Part shown: piece by piece, positions 10,113 to 19,243 of the stretch
How the letters are laid out: every line of letters starts with the position of its first letter
How positions within the stretch are numbered: the stretch's first letter is position 1
DNA from: Pelagomonas calceolata
Lineage: Eukaryota
DNA length: 64,000 nt
Reading direction: 5' to 3'
NCBI GenBank assembly: GCA_918797485.1
Contig: CAKKNE010000002.1
Coordinates: forward strand, 868,001-932,000
The notes under the pieces: model-generated
What the model saw: the letters and a program-made list of their open reading frames with translations, nothing else
What the model was told of the DNA's origin: nothing
Databases searched by the model: none
Translations under genes and position numbers: made by a program

Positions 10113-11105
10113 ATGCCGTCCGTCTTCGAGCGCTACGCATTGGGCCGCCGTCCGGCGGCGCAGGGCCGCGGCCGCGGCCGCTCGTCGCCGCCCAAGAAGC
10201 CCGGTAAGAAGAAGCCGCAGCCGGCGTGGAACGGCTACCTCACCGACTCGGCGCGCTACAAGCTGCCTCTGAAAGAGCAGGAACGGCGCAAAAACAACTA
10301 CAACTTCTGCGGGCCCGTGCAGCCGAAGCTGTCTCCCAAAAAACAGTGGCACCGGAAGAAGCGCGTCGACGCGACGCCGGAGCGCCGGCCGCAGCCGCGC
10401 GCGTCGTCGGCGGCGACCGAGGTCGACGTGTTTGATTTATTGGCCGAGGGTGATGCCGTCGTCGACGACGAGGCGCCGCCGACCGTCGAGCGCCGCGCGA
10501 CGGTGCGCCGGCTCTTCGGGCCCAAACGAAAGGCAGTGAAGAAGAAGCCTGTTGCAAAGGAGGATGCCATTCTAGCAATCCGCGTCGCGGACCTCGAGGA
10601 GCGCCTCGCGCGGTCTGAGGCGCGGGCCGCGCGCTTTGCGTCGCAGCTCGACGCCATGAGCCAGACGGTCGACGCGCTCCAGGCGCGCGACCTCGCGCGC
10701 GCCGCGACGCGCACGCCGCCGCCGGCGCCGACCACGACGCCGCCGCCGCCCTCGACGCCGCCGCCGCCGCCCGTGGTGACGGCGCGGCGCTCGCTCGAGG
10801 CGCTCGATCTGAAAATCGGTAGAGACGGGTCCGTCGTGGACGACTTCCTCGCGGCGCGCGAGGCCACGGGCGTCTGCCCGGACTCGCCGGAGCCGCCGCG
10901 GGAGCCGCCCGCGCCGACGTCGGCGCCGCCGCCGCCGCCGCCGCTCGCCGAGGACGAGGCGCCCGCGCCGCCGCCGCGCCGCGTCAAGCTGAGCGGTTGG
11001 ACGGCCGCCGCCCTCGACGCGGGCCCGCCGCCCGCGCCGGCGCGGCCCCGCGCGCCGTCCCTCCTGAGCGACGACGACGACGACCGCGTCATGCCGATCT
11101 GGTAG
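10113..11105 (+). CDS. Proline-rich coiled-coil protein (N-terminal motif weakly SPICE1-like)
   Basis: ORF 10023..11105, ATG 10113; KKKPQPAWNGYLTDSARYKL..EQERRK, central coiled coil, Pro-rich tail. Confidence 0.6.
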   Translation: MPSVFERYALGRRPAAQGRGRGRSSPPKKPGKKKPQPAWNGYLTDSARYKLPLKEQERRKNNYNFCGPVQPKLSPKKQWHRKKRVDATPERRPQPRASSAATEVDVFDLLAEGDAVVDDEAPPTVERRATVRRLFGPKRKAVKKKPVAKEDAILAIRVADLEERLARSEARAARFASQLDAMSQTVDALQARDLARAATRTPPPAPTTTPPPPSTPPPPPVVTARRSLEALDLKIGRDGSVVDDFLAAREATGVCPDSPEPPREPPAPTSAPPPPPPLAEDEAPAPPPRRVKLSGWTAAALDAGPPPAPARPRAPSLLSDDDDDRVMPIW

Positions 11106-11219
11106 AGATCCCTACTCCCCGTGTAATCAAACGGTAAGAGACCACACCGACACGCCATCGAGCAGGCGTCGTCGCGTCGATGGCGTGTAGATGGCGTGGA
11201 GGCCATGATAAGTCCTACC

Positions 11220-11885
11220 TCATTTCTTACGCTTCTGGCCCGCGACCGGCATGGACTCCGACGTCTTCCGCCGCACCATCGGCCGCTCGTCGCCCTTGTC
11301 CTCCCTTTCGGTGGCGCAGTCGTGCTCCGACTCCGAGCCCTCGATGTCGCACAAGTCCACCAACAAGTCCTCCATGAGCCGGTTCCGCACGTGCGTCGCC
11401 AGGTCATTATCCGGGAGCCACGGCAGCGCCAGCAACAGGTTCAACACATCCGCGGGCTCGTCCACCAGCGGTAATGCTTGCAATCGCAGCTCGATGAGCG
11501 CGCGGCCGTCGCAGGCCGTCCGCACCTGCAGCTCCTCGAATTCCGGAGCCGCGCCCGTCGCCAGGGCCTGCACCGAGAAGAGCTCCTTGTCGTCCCAGCA
11601 CAAGCGCAGCGACGACGTCGTCGTCGCGTTTTCGAGGAGAGACGCGTCCGGCGTCGGACGCGTCGCTACCAGCAAAACGTCGCCCTTGGCCCGCGTCCGC
11701 CGCGGCAGCCGCAGCTCGTCGCGGCCCTTACTTGTTGCGAATGAAAGTCTCGCGGCGACGTCGCGGAGCTGGCCCTTGGCCATCTTGTCGAGGTCGCGGC
11801 CGCTCGACGAGTCCACCCACGCCGCGACGGCGTCGCGGTAGGCAGTCACGGCGGCGGCGTCGTCTTGCTGGGTGAGCTCAGCCAT
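11220..11885 (-). CDS. Hypothetical protein, 221 aa
   Basis: ATG-initiated ORF with typical codon usage, divergent from EMC1. Confidence 0.6.
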   Translation of the reverse strand: MAELTQQDDAAAVTAYRDAVAAWVDSSSGRDLDKMAKGQLRDVAARLSFATSKGRDELRLPRRTRAKGDVLLVATRPTPDASLLENATTTSSLRLCWDDKELFSVQALATGAAPEFEELQVRTACDGRALIELRLQALPLVDEPADVLNLLLALPWLPDNDLATHVRNRLMEDLLVDLCDIEGSESEHDCATEREDKGDERPMVRRKTSESMPVAGQKRKK

Positions 11886-12134
11886 GAATTACGACGAGCG
11901 GGCAGCGCGCCACAAATGAGCGCAAAAACTGCACTGGGAGAGATGAAATACGAGGCGTGCGGCAGCAGCGCGACAGCACAAAACTGCACCGGGAGAGCAC
12001 GGCTGTGGCACGGATCAAATCGCTGGTCTTAGGCGACGAAGAGCTGTGATTCGCTACGGACGCAAGACAAAAAGAGTCTAGAACCGCCCCAGAGGAGCCG
12101 TGAGCAGCAAATACGCAAAAGCGTAAGGCAGCGG

Positions 12135-12161
12135 GCTAGCGGCATGTAAGACACTAGCAAG
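12135..12161 (+). promoter_or_regulatory. 27-bp CTAG-CTAG motif (consensus copy)
   Basis: GCTAGCGGCATGTAAGACACTAGCAAG, about 150 nt upstream of the EMC1 ATG. Confidence 0.7.
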
Positions 12162-12309
12162 TAGGCAGTCCTGGAATCGCGGCCGTGTTGTGCATCGGTG
12201 AGCAACGCCGGCAGCGGTAAACGCTTCTGAGCAGCTCCACATATATAAATCTTGGCTGCGCTGGCGAAGACTGCGTGAAAAAGCGCCTTGACGCCACAGC
12301 ACAGCAAGC

Positions 12310-15177
12310 ATGCGCGCGCTCCTCGTAGCCGCATGCCTAGGCCAAGCGGCCGCTCTCTACGCGGACCAGGCCGGCGAGCAGGACTGGCACCGCGAGAACA
12401 TTGGCCGGGTCACGCACGCCGTTTCTAAACAAAAGGCGCTTTTTGTGATGACGGAGGCCGGCGACCGCTCATTGGTAGCGTCGCTCGGCGCGCGGACGGG
12501 CACCCTGAACTGGCGGACGGCGCTGCCGCCTGATGAGAAGGGCCACGCCGTCGCGCTGACCGACAAGGCCGTCGTCACTCTGAGTGGAGAAGGGAAGTGC
12601 CGGGCCTGGGCTCAAAATGGAGGCGCGCTCTTGTGGGAGCAGCCGGCGCTGCCCGGTAAGAGCTCCCAGGCGTTGGCCGTCGTCGAGGCCAATAAACAAT
12701 GCACCGTCGCCGTGCTGGCGGGTAACGCGGTGGCCTTCTGGGACTGTAGCACGGGCGCTGCCAGAGGCGCGTGGTTCGCCGAGCGCGACGACGACGCGCA
12801 GTTGGCCGCGGCGTTGCCGCGCGGCGCGGCCTTGGACCTGCGGACGCTCCTGCCGCACAAGGGCCGTATTTTAGTCGCCGGTTTTGTGAACGGGAAGGCT
12901 CTCCTCGCTTCGTTGGACGTGCCGAGCGGCCAGTCGGTGCAGGCGTCGTCCGCGGTGCTCGTGGGACGCGGTCTATCGGAAATAACTCTGGCGGCCCGGG
13001 CCCAGGGCCCGCCGCTCCTCGTCACACTAGATGAATCGGGATCGATCACGGCCTACGACGCGTTATTAGCCAAAACGCCGCTCGCGACGTTGGATGGCGC
13101 CGCGTTGTTGGGCGAGAAGCCCCTTGCCCTGGAAGCGGAGGCCAATCAAAGGGTGCTCCGTTTGCAAGGCGCCTCCCGATCTTTACTGGTCGCGGGCGTC
13201 GAGGACATGACGGGCGGCAAGCGCCAGGTCCTGGTTCCGTTGGGCGAAAGTTGCACAAACTGCGCGCTCGGCGCCGCGGAGCAGCACGGTAGGGTGGCGT
13301 GGGCGCGCGTCGATCACGACTATAGTTATCAAGTGCGCGAGCTCGACGGCGCGCTCATCAGCGAGGACAAGGCGCCTCTATCATCAGCGATACACGGCCC
13401 TCCCTCTCATTGTACGCCGCAGTTGTTTGAATTAAAGAAGGGCGGCGCGGGGGCTAGAGTGTTTGTGGTGAGCCGCGCGCATACCCTTGCATCATTGCAA
13501 GGCGACAACGTGGCCTGGTCGCGCGACGAGGCCCTGGCGAACGCCCAGAACCCCGTCTTCGTCGACGCGGCGCCGAAGAAGATCAGCAAGAGGAGCAAGA
13601 TCCCGACCTTCTCCCAGCGCCTCGCGCTGCAGGTCGAGGCTTGTTTGACCTTTGCTGATGGACTCATAGATTCAGTGAAGGACGTCTTCCAACCCACTGC
13701 CTCTTCAAAAGCTTTAAAAAAGAAGCGCAACGCCGTGCGCTACGGTTTTGATAAAATTGCAGTGGTCATGAATAGTGAGGCGGGCCGCGTGTTCGGGCTG
13801 GAGATGGATACGGGAGCCGTGAGGTGGTCCGCGCTCGTGGAACCGGGTGCTAAATTAACGCAGTCTTCGGAAGATGAAGTTCTCATAGTGTCAAAGACGT
13901 CTCTTACGTACTTAAACGCTCTAGATGGCTCGGCGACGGGAACGGACCACATCGCACCCCTAGATGCGTTGGTACCCGCGGCCACGCTCAAGGGGCGCGT
14001 GGCCTTCCTCGGCGTTAACTTGAGGGGCGACGGCGCCTCCGTGCGCGTGTTGCCCGAGGCGGCTGAGACACAAGTGGCCAAGAAACTCGCAGAGACGCCA
14101 ACACACTTCCACGTCATTCGCGACGGAATTGTGAGGTGCTTCCGCGTATCTGATACGAGTAACGCGGTGGAGGTCGGTGCCGTCGTCGTCGCGCCGCTCG
14201 AAACGGACGAAATCGTGAGCGTCGCGCACCCGGACGGCGCTCCCGTGTCGACGGCGGCTCATGTTTTAGGTGATGACGCTCTCTTACTAAAGTACCTGAA
14301 CCCCCACCTGCTGATCGTGCTCACGACATCTAAAGGAGGAGAATCTGCACCGTTGTTAGATGTTTCACTAAGGGCCGAGGGCGAGGACCAGGTCGCGCCG
14401 CCATCTTTGACGGTGACTTTGATAGACGTCGTGGCCGCTTCGGTGGCGCACCGCGTCGTCGTGCCGCACGGGAGCGCGCCGGCCTCCGCGGCGCTTTCGG
14501 AGAATTTCGTGGCCTACACGTATTGGAACGCCAAAGCTAAAAGAAGTGAAGTCGGTGCCATCTCGCTGCACGAGGGGCTCATTGAACGGTTCGGTTTGAG
14601 TCCGTTCAAGGTGCCCGAGCAGTCGGCCACTCGCTCCTCATTGACGGCGCCGCCGCCCGTAGCCTTACAGCGGACCTTTGCCTTGGCGAAGCCCGTGCTT
14701 ACTATATCTTCCACAAGAACACAGCGCGGCGTCTCCTCCAAACACGTTTTGCTGGGCATGGAGCCGGGGCAATTAGCGGCTCTAGATAGAAGAGCACTGG
14801 ATCCGCGACGGCCCGTGCTCGAGGACGACGCGACGAAGGCCCAACGCAAAAAAGCGGAAAGGGAGCTGCAGGAGGGCCTGGCGCCCTACCGGCCCTTCGT
14901 TCCACTAATACCGAGGCAGATGGTCTCGCACACGCTGACGATCGTTGGACTCAAAAACATCTACGCGACGGACTCGAAGCTCGAGTCGACGTCGCTCGTG
15001 CTGGCCTGCGGCGTCGATCTCTTCGGCGCGAGACACACGCCTTCGGGAGCGTTCGATTTGATCGCGGACGACTTCAACTACGCGCTGCTCGTATTATTGC
15101 TCGGCGCGATGGCTGGTGGCATGATTATGCTGCGGCGCGCGGCGGCGGCGAAGAACCTTAGTCTGATGTGGATCTAG
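12310..15177 (+). CDS. EMC1: ER membrane protein complex subunit 1
   Basis: Signal peptide then ALYADQAGEQDWHRENIG; VLGDDALLLKYLNPHL; KLESTSLVLACGVDLFGAR.TPSGAFDLIADDFNY plus a C-terminal TM helix. Confidence 0.95.
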   Translation: MRALLVAACLGQAAALYADQAGEQDWHRENIGRVTHAVSKQKALFVMTEAGDRSLVASLGARTGTLNWRTALPPDEKGHAVALTDKAVVTLSGEGKCRAWAQNGGALLWEQPALPGKSSQALAVVEANKQCTVAVLAGNAVAFWDCSTGAARGAWFAERDDDAQLAAALPRGAALDLRTLLPHKGRILVAGFVNGKALLASLDVPSGQSVQASSAVLVGRGLSEITLAARAQGPPLLVTLDESGSITAYDALLAKTPLATLDGAALLGEKPLALEAEANQRVLRLQGASRSLLVAGVEDMTGGKRQVLVPLGESCTNCALGAAEQHGRVAWARVDHDYSYQVRELDGALISEDKAPLSSAIHGPPSHCTPQLFELKKGGAGARVFVVSRAHTLASLQGDNVAWSRDEALANAQNPVFVDAAPKKISKRSKIPTFSQRLALQVEACLTFADGLIDSVKDVFQPTASSKALKKKRNAVRYGFDKIAVVMNSEAGRVFGLEMDTGAVRWSALVEPGAKLTQSSEDEVLIVSKTSLTYLNALDGSATGTDHIAPLDALVPAATLKGRVAFLGVNLRGDGASVRVLPEAAETQVAKKLAETPTHFHVIRDGIVRCFRVSDTSNAVEVGAVVVAPLETDEIVSVAHPDGAPVSTAAHVLGDDALLLKYLNPHLLIVLTTSKGGESAPLLDVSLRAEGEDQVAPPSLTVTLIDVVAASVAHRVVVPHGSAPASAALSENFVAYTYWNAKAKRSEVGAISLHEGLIERFGLSPFKVPEQSATRSSLTAPPPVALQRTFALAKPVLTISSTRTQRGVSSKHVLLGMEPGQLAALDRRALDPRRPVLEDDATKAQRKKAERELQEGLAPYRPFVPLIPRQMVSHTLTIVGLKNIYATDSKLESTSLVLACGVDLFGARHTPSGAFDLIADDFNYALLVLLLGAMAGGMIMLRRAAAAKNLSLMWI

Positions 15178-15291
15178 GCGTGTATACATATTTCTCTACT
15201 CCCTGGGCATCGGCCACGTCCATTACCTGGCGTCGGCGCCGTTCGTCACGGGCGTAGGACTCCTGGACGTGGACGGCGGGCACGGCGTTCG

Positions 15292-16056
15292 TCAATACGC
15301 GGACGCGGCGACGGACCCGAGAGGTTGCTGCGTGGCGGTGGCCGCGGCCGTCGGCGGCGGCGCGTCGATGTTGAGGTGCTTGAGGATCGCGTCGAGCTTG
15401 GCGTCCGTGCTCTGCGCTTGGGCCTTGAGGATCTGGATCTCGCCGAGGAGCTGTTCCGCGCGCTTGATCTGGCCCGTGTCGCCGCGCGCCTTCATGCGCG
15501 TTTTGAGCTCCTTGACGATCTCCGCCACGAGGTCGCCGGCGCAGAAGCACTGGGGCGAGACCTTCGTCTCGGCGAATTGGAAGCAATGGCAGCACCCGAG
15601 GCATCTCAAGTGCTCGACGGCCTGGAGCTCGCCGTAGGGCCGGCGCTGCGTCTGCGTCGAGCAGCACGTGGTCGTCACCAGATGTGCCTCTTCCGGCTCG
15701 AGGAACAGCTTCTGCTCGAGCGTGCAACACAACCTGTGTGGAAATAAAAATTTACGGCACGTTCACGAGTGCTGAATCGTCGCATCGTCCAGGACTCGTC
15801 CTCCACGCCATCAATGCGACGCACTGGTTGATTTCCACACAGAACGTAACGGGATTATCCCCGGAATGATCCAGAACTTCTCGAAGTAGTTCGTCACATT
15901 ATACTCCTTGTGCTCGAAGCGGACCGCGGCGAACGTCCTGTTCGCCGCGGACGGCTGGTGGTCGACGATGCCGTCGCTGCCGGACGCGAGCTGGCTCTCG
16001 GTCACGGGCGACATCTGAGTCGCGGAGACGAGGCGTTTCGAGGCGTCGCGCGTCAT
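15292..16056 (-). CDS. Cys-rich hypothetical protein with coiled-coil tail, about 215 aa; exons 16056-15851 and 15733-15292
   Basis: ORFs 15811..16056 and 15292..15732 join in frame (..GIIP|LCCTLEQK..) on removing introner intron 15850->15734. Confidence 0.75.
15734..15842. mobile_element. Introner element, 109 bp, inverted relative to 854-1013
   Basis: TIRs CTGTGTGGAAATAAA / TTGATTTCCACACAG; TSD AACACAAC (15726-15733) / AACGTAAC (15843-15850), 6/8 match. Confidence 0.9.
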
Positions 16057-16556
16057 TTGCTTGGCAGAGAGGGAGTACTTGGCAGAGATTTTTCAGGAGT
16101 CAAAGAGGAAGGTTACGGGACCTCTCTTGGCTCGGAACCGGCACCGATGGTATCCAGACGTTCAAAATAGATGCGGAGACCGCGAATCACGCAGCGACGA
16201 CGCGACGCGAGCCACTACAGCGTGACTTTGCCAGTAAAACCCGTTTTGACGCGGCAAGTCGTCTGGCCGAGATATCTATCTTCTTCTCGTCCCTTGATAC
16301 GCCTCTTCAATGATCGGTCCGTGCGACTTGGCGAGGCAGAGCGCCTTCAGCCAGTCACAGTGCCATTGCAGCTAATTCGGCCACCGCACAGTCTCGCGAG
16401 TTCTCACAGCTTCTGGAGGTCGCATTCGTCATAATTTATTGGCTGCACCAGCGCTGCTTTACGCGCTGCAGCCTAGCAACAAGTTGTCAGAGTGCCACCC
16501 ACTGCAACCACCGCTCGTGCGCGCCGACGACGCGACAACCGAGTGATTCCGCAGCC

Positions 16557-17384
16557 ATGCCGCGCCGCTGGCTGCTGCTCGTCGCAAGCACGCAAGCTTT
16601 GACAGCACCGCAGTTCTACGACAGTGCAACGAAAGCACCGGCCTTCTACAAACTTGTGAGTAGAGGCGGCGGCCCCGTCTTCGCGTCCAAACCCCGCCCC
16701 CAACCGTTGGTGGTCGGCGTCGCCGGCGGCACCGCTTCTGGTAAAACTGCATTAACAGCAAACATCGTGGAGCTGCTCGGCGCGGAGGCGGCAAGCGTCG
16801 CGTCGATCACGCAAGATTCATTCTACAGAGACCTTACGGTCGACGAGATGAACAGAATAGAAGAAATCAATTTCGACGTGCCCGAGGCCTTTGACTTCGA
16901 CGAGATCGAGAGTGTTTTGACAGCCCTGAAACGAGGAGACACGTCCGTACGAGTACCTACGTACGACTTCGTGGCGAACGCGCGACGACCTCCATCGAAT
17001 GATATTATACTGGAGGACTCACCTAGAGTTGTTTTTTTTGAGGGTATATTAGCTCTACACTCGGAGCGATTACGAGACCTCATGGACCTGAAGATCTTTG
17101 TCGACGCCGACGCCGACGTCAGACTCGCAAGGCGTATTAGGAGGGACGTCGCCGAGCGGGGAAGGGACGTGGACGGCGTGCTGCGGGCGTACGAGACGTT
17201 CGTGAAGCCCGCGTTCGACGAATTTGTACTCCCCACAAAGCGCCACGCCGACGTCGTCGTGCCGCGGGGTGCGGAGAACGCCGTGGCGATCGATCTCCTT
17301 GTGAGGGGCATCCGGGAGCGGACGCTGGAGCGGTCGGCGCAGGCGGCGTCATCGAAACCGGCGCGCGTCATCGTCGCGCCCTGA
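16557..17384 (+). CDS. UCK: Uridine-cytidine kinase
   Basis: P-loop GVAGGTASGKT, QDSFYR, NFDVPEAFD, DLKIFVDADADVRLARRIRRDVAERGR, FVLPTKRHADVVVPRG. Confidence 0.93.
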   Translation: MPRRWLLLVASTQALTAPQFYDSATKAPAFYKLVSRGGGPVFASKPRPQPLVVGVAGGTASGKTALTANIVELLGAEAASVASITQDSFYRDLTVDEMNRIEEINFDVPEAFDFDEIESVLTALKRGDTSVRVPTYDFVANARRPPSNDIILEDSPRVVFFEGILALHSERLRDLMDLKIFVDADADVRLARRIRRDVAERGRDVDGVLRAYETFVKPAFDEFVLPTKRHADVVVPRGAENAVAIDLLVRGIRERTLERSAQAASSKPARVIVAP

Positions 17385-17458
17385 ACTACTTTGTATTTGT
17401 GTAATAAGGATGCATATATATATATCCCTCTCGGCCCGATTGTGATACACGTGTGCGC

Positions 17459-17485
17459 GCTAGCGTTCCGTAAGACACTAGCAAG
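17459..17485 (+). promoter_or_regulatory. 27-bp CTAG-CTAG motif
   Basis: GCTAGCGTTCCGTAAGACACTAGCAAG, 65 nt upstream of ATG 17550 in a tandem gene arrangement. Confidence 0.7.
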
Positions 17486-17549
17486 TTGGGGCCTGTGACA
17501 CCACGCGCGCGCGGCTGCCCCTGAGCGGTGGTGGCAGCACTTGGGAGCC

Positions 17550-19238
17550 ATGCCTTCGGCAGCGCAAAAACAGAGGCGACGGAAACTGAAACAGAAGAAA
17601 GAAACGAAGAAAGGCCGAATACGCTTGTGGCAGGACCACCAGGAGCGGGTCAAAGCAGCTGTTTTTAGCGCCTTCAGGGGGTGTCCTCTTTACCTGCATG
17701 GTCGCTCGCCATCCGAGCGGGACCTCTTCGCTGAACAGTTTATTCCGCTTATAGCCGACGCGGTCCAGGAAGCCGCGTGGGACCTGCCAGCTAATGCGCC
17801 TTTGGACGAAGAAGCCGTGAAAGAGTATATGATGGATGTGATAGATGACGATGCCGCCCCATTCACCGGAGCCTTGCAGATTGAGGACATCGAGAAGTAC
17901 GCGGGATTCATTACTCTTGCCACGGCGGCCTACAACTCGCCCCAGGGCACGAATACGGCTACAGCACCCGCCGCGCCGCCCGCGCCCGTGGCCGAGACGG
18001 CGGAAGAGCTGCGGCGGCGCGCCAGAAACCTCAGGAAGAAGCTCTTTCTAACGGCAGGCCTGCAGTCTCGCGTCGACGCTGGCCTCGATCCCAACGAGCA
18101 GCAGGTCGGGAAGCTCGCGCGCCGGGGCGAGCTGGAAAACGAGCTCGCGGCGGTGATGGAGGCGCTCGAGGCACTGCCGCCGCTGGAATCTGGGAGCGAC
18201 GACGAGGCGACGGTGCCCGACAGCGCGGCGTCCGTCCCGGCGGATAGCGGTCTCGGGAGGCGGGTTGCGGAGGCAGCGGCGGCGGCCCCGCCGGCGCCCG
18301 CCTCGACGCCCTCGGATGTCCAGCAAGGCGACGTGGGATGCTGGAGCGCCGGCGGGATGCTGGAGAGCCTGATGAACGCGCCCGGCGGCGCCGCGGCCCT
18401 CGCGCGCGCATTGCAAGCGCGCGAGCAGAACGCCTATCGGGCCGCGCGGGACGACATCTACGATAGCGACGACGAGGAGCGCGACGTCGCGCGGCGGCTC
18501 CAGGGCGCCCGAGGCCAGGAGCGGCGGGAGCGCGAAGCAGTGCCTACAATGGAAGGCAGCTGGGTCTGCACGGCGTGCACCTTCGAGAACCCGGACCCGA
18601 GCGCCCTCGTCTGCGACATCTGCAACACGGGGCGGCCGGACGCGGTGGCTCTCGAGAGCCGACGAATCGCGCTCCGGTTCATGGCCGAAGAGAGTTCCCG
18701 CGCCGCGAACGTCCCGCGCCGCGACCATCCTGCGACCGAGAGCGCGAGCGCCCAGAGTGTCGCGGCTCAGCGGAGGGGTCGCGACAGAGCCGATCGGGAC
18801 CTAGCTGCGACCGGCTTATGGCCCGCCGCGACAGAGCCGCCACCCAGAACGGGGTTGCCGCTGCTCGACGCGGGGGCGTGGGGACAACACCTGCTTGCGA
18901 ACGTGGTCGCCGCGCCGCCGCCCGCGCCGCCGCCCGCGCCCGCAGTCGCCGCGCCGCCGCCCGCGCCGCCGCCCGCGCCGGCCGCCTCGCAAGCCGCGCG
19001 ACCGGACCCCCCGGACGCGCTCGTCTGCCCCATTTCCATGGAGTTGATGGAGGACCCCGTCTTAGCGATGGACGGCCACACGTACGATCGATCGTCCATC
19101 GAGGCATGGCTCAAAACCGGCAAGAAGACGTCTCCGAAGACCAATGCACCTCTGCCCTCGACCGCGCTCTATCCAAATCACGCGGTGAAGAGCATGGTCC
19201 AGGACTACCTCGAAACTTGTAAAAAACACCACTGTTAA
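17550..19238 (+). CDS. U-box E3 ubiquitin ligase with a RanBP2/NZF zinc finger
   Basis: WVCTACTFEN...VCDICNTGRP; C-terminal U-box LVCPISMELMEDPVLAMDGHTYDRSSIEAWL..SPKTN..LYPNHAVK. Confidence 0.9.
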   Translation: MPSAAQKQRRRKLKQKKETKKGRIRLWQDHQERVKAAVFSAFRGCPLYLHGRSPSERDLFAEQFIPLIADAVQEAAWDLPANAPLDEEAVKEYMMDVIDDDAAPFTGALQIEDIEKYAGFITLATAAYNSPQGTNTATAPAAPPAPVAETAEELRRRARNLRKKLFLTAGLQSRVDAGLDPNEQQVGKLARRGELENELAAVMEALEALPPLESGSDDEATVPDSAASVPADSGLGRRVAEAAAAAPPAPASTPSDVQQGDVGCWSAGGMLESLMNAPGGAAALARALQAREQNAYRAARDDIYDSDDEERDVARRLQGARGQERREREAVPTMEGSWVCTACTFENPDPSALVCDICNTGRPDAVALESRRIALRFMAEESSRAANVPRRDHPATESASAQSVAAQRRGRDRADRDLAATGLWPAATEPPPRTGLPLLDAGAWGQHLLANVVAAPPPAPPPAPAVAAPPPAPPPAPAASQAARPDPPDALVCPISMELMEDPVLAMDGHTYDRSSIEAWLKTGKKTSPKTNAPLPSTALYPNHAVKSMVQDYLETCKKHHC

Positions 19239-19243
19239 TAAAC

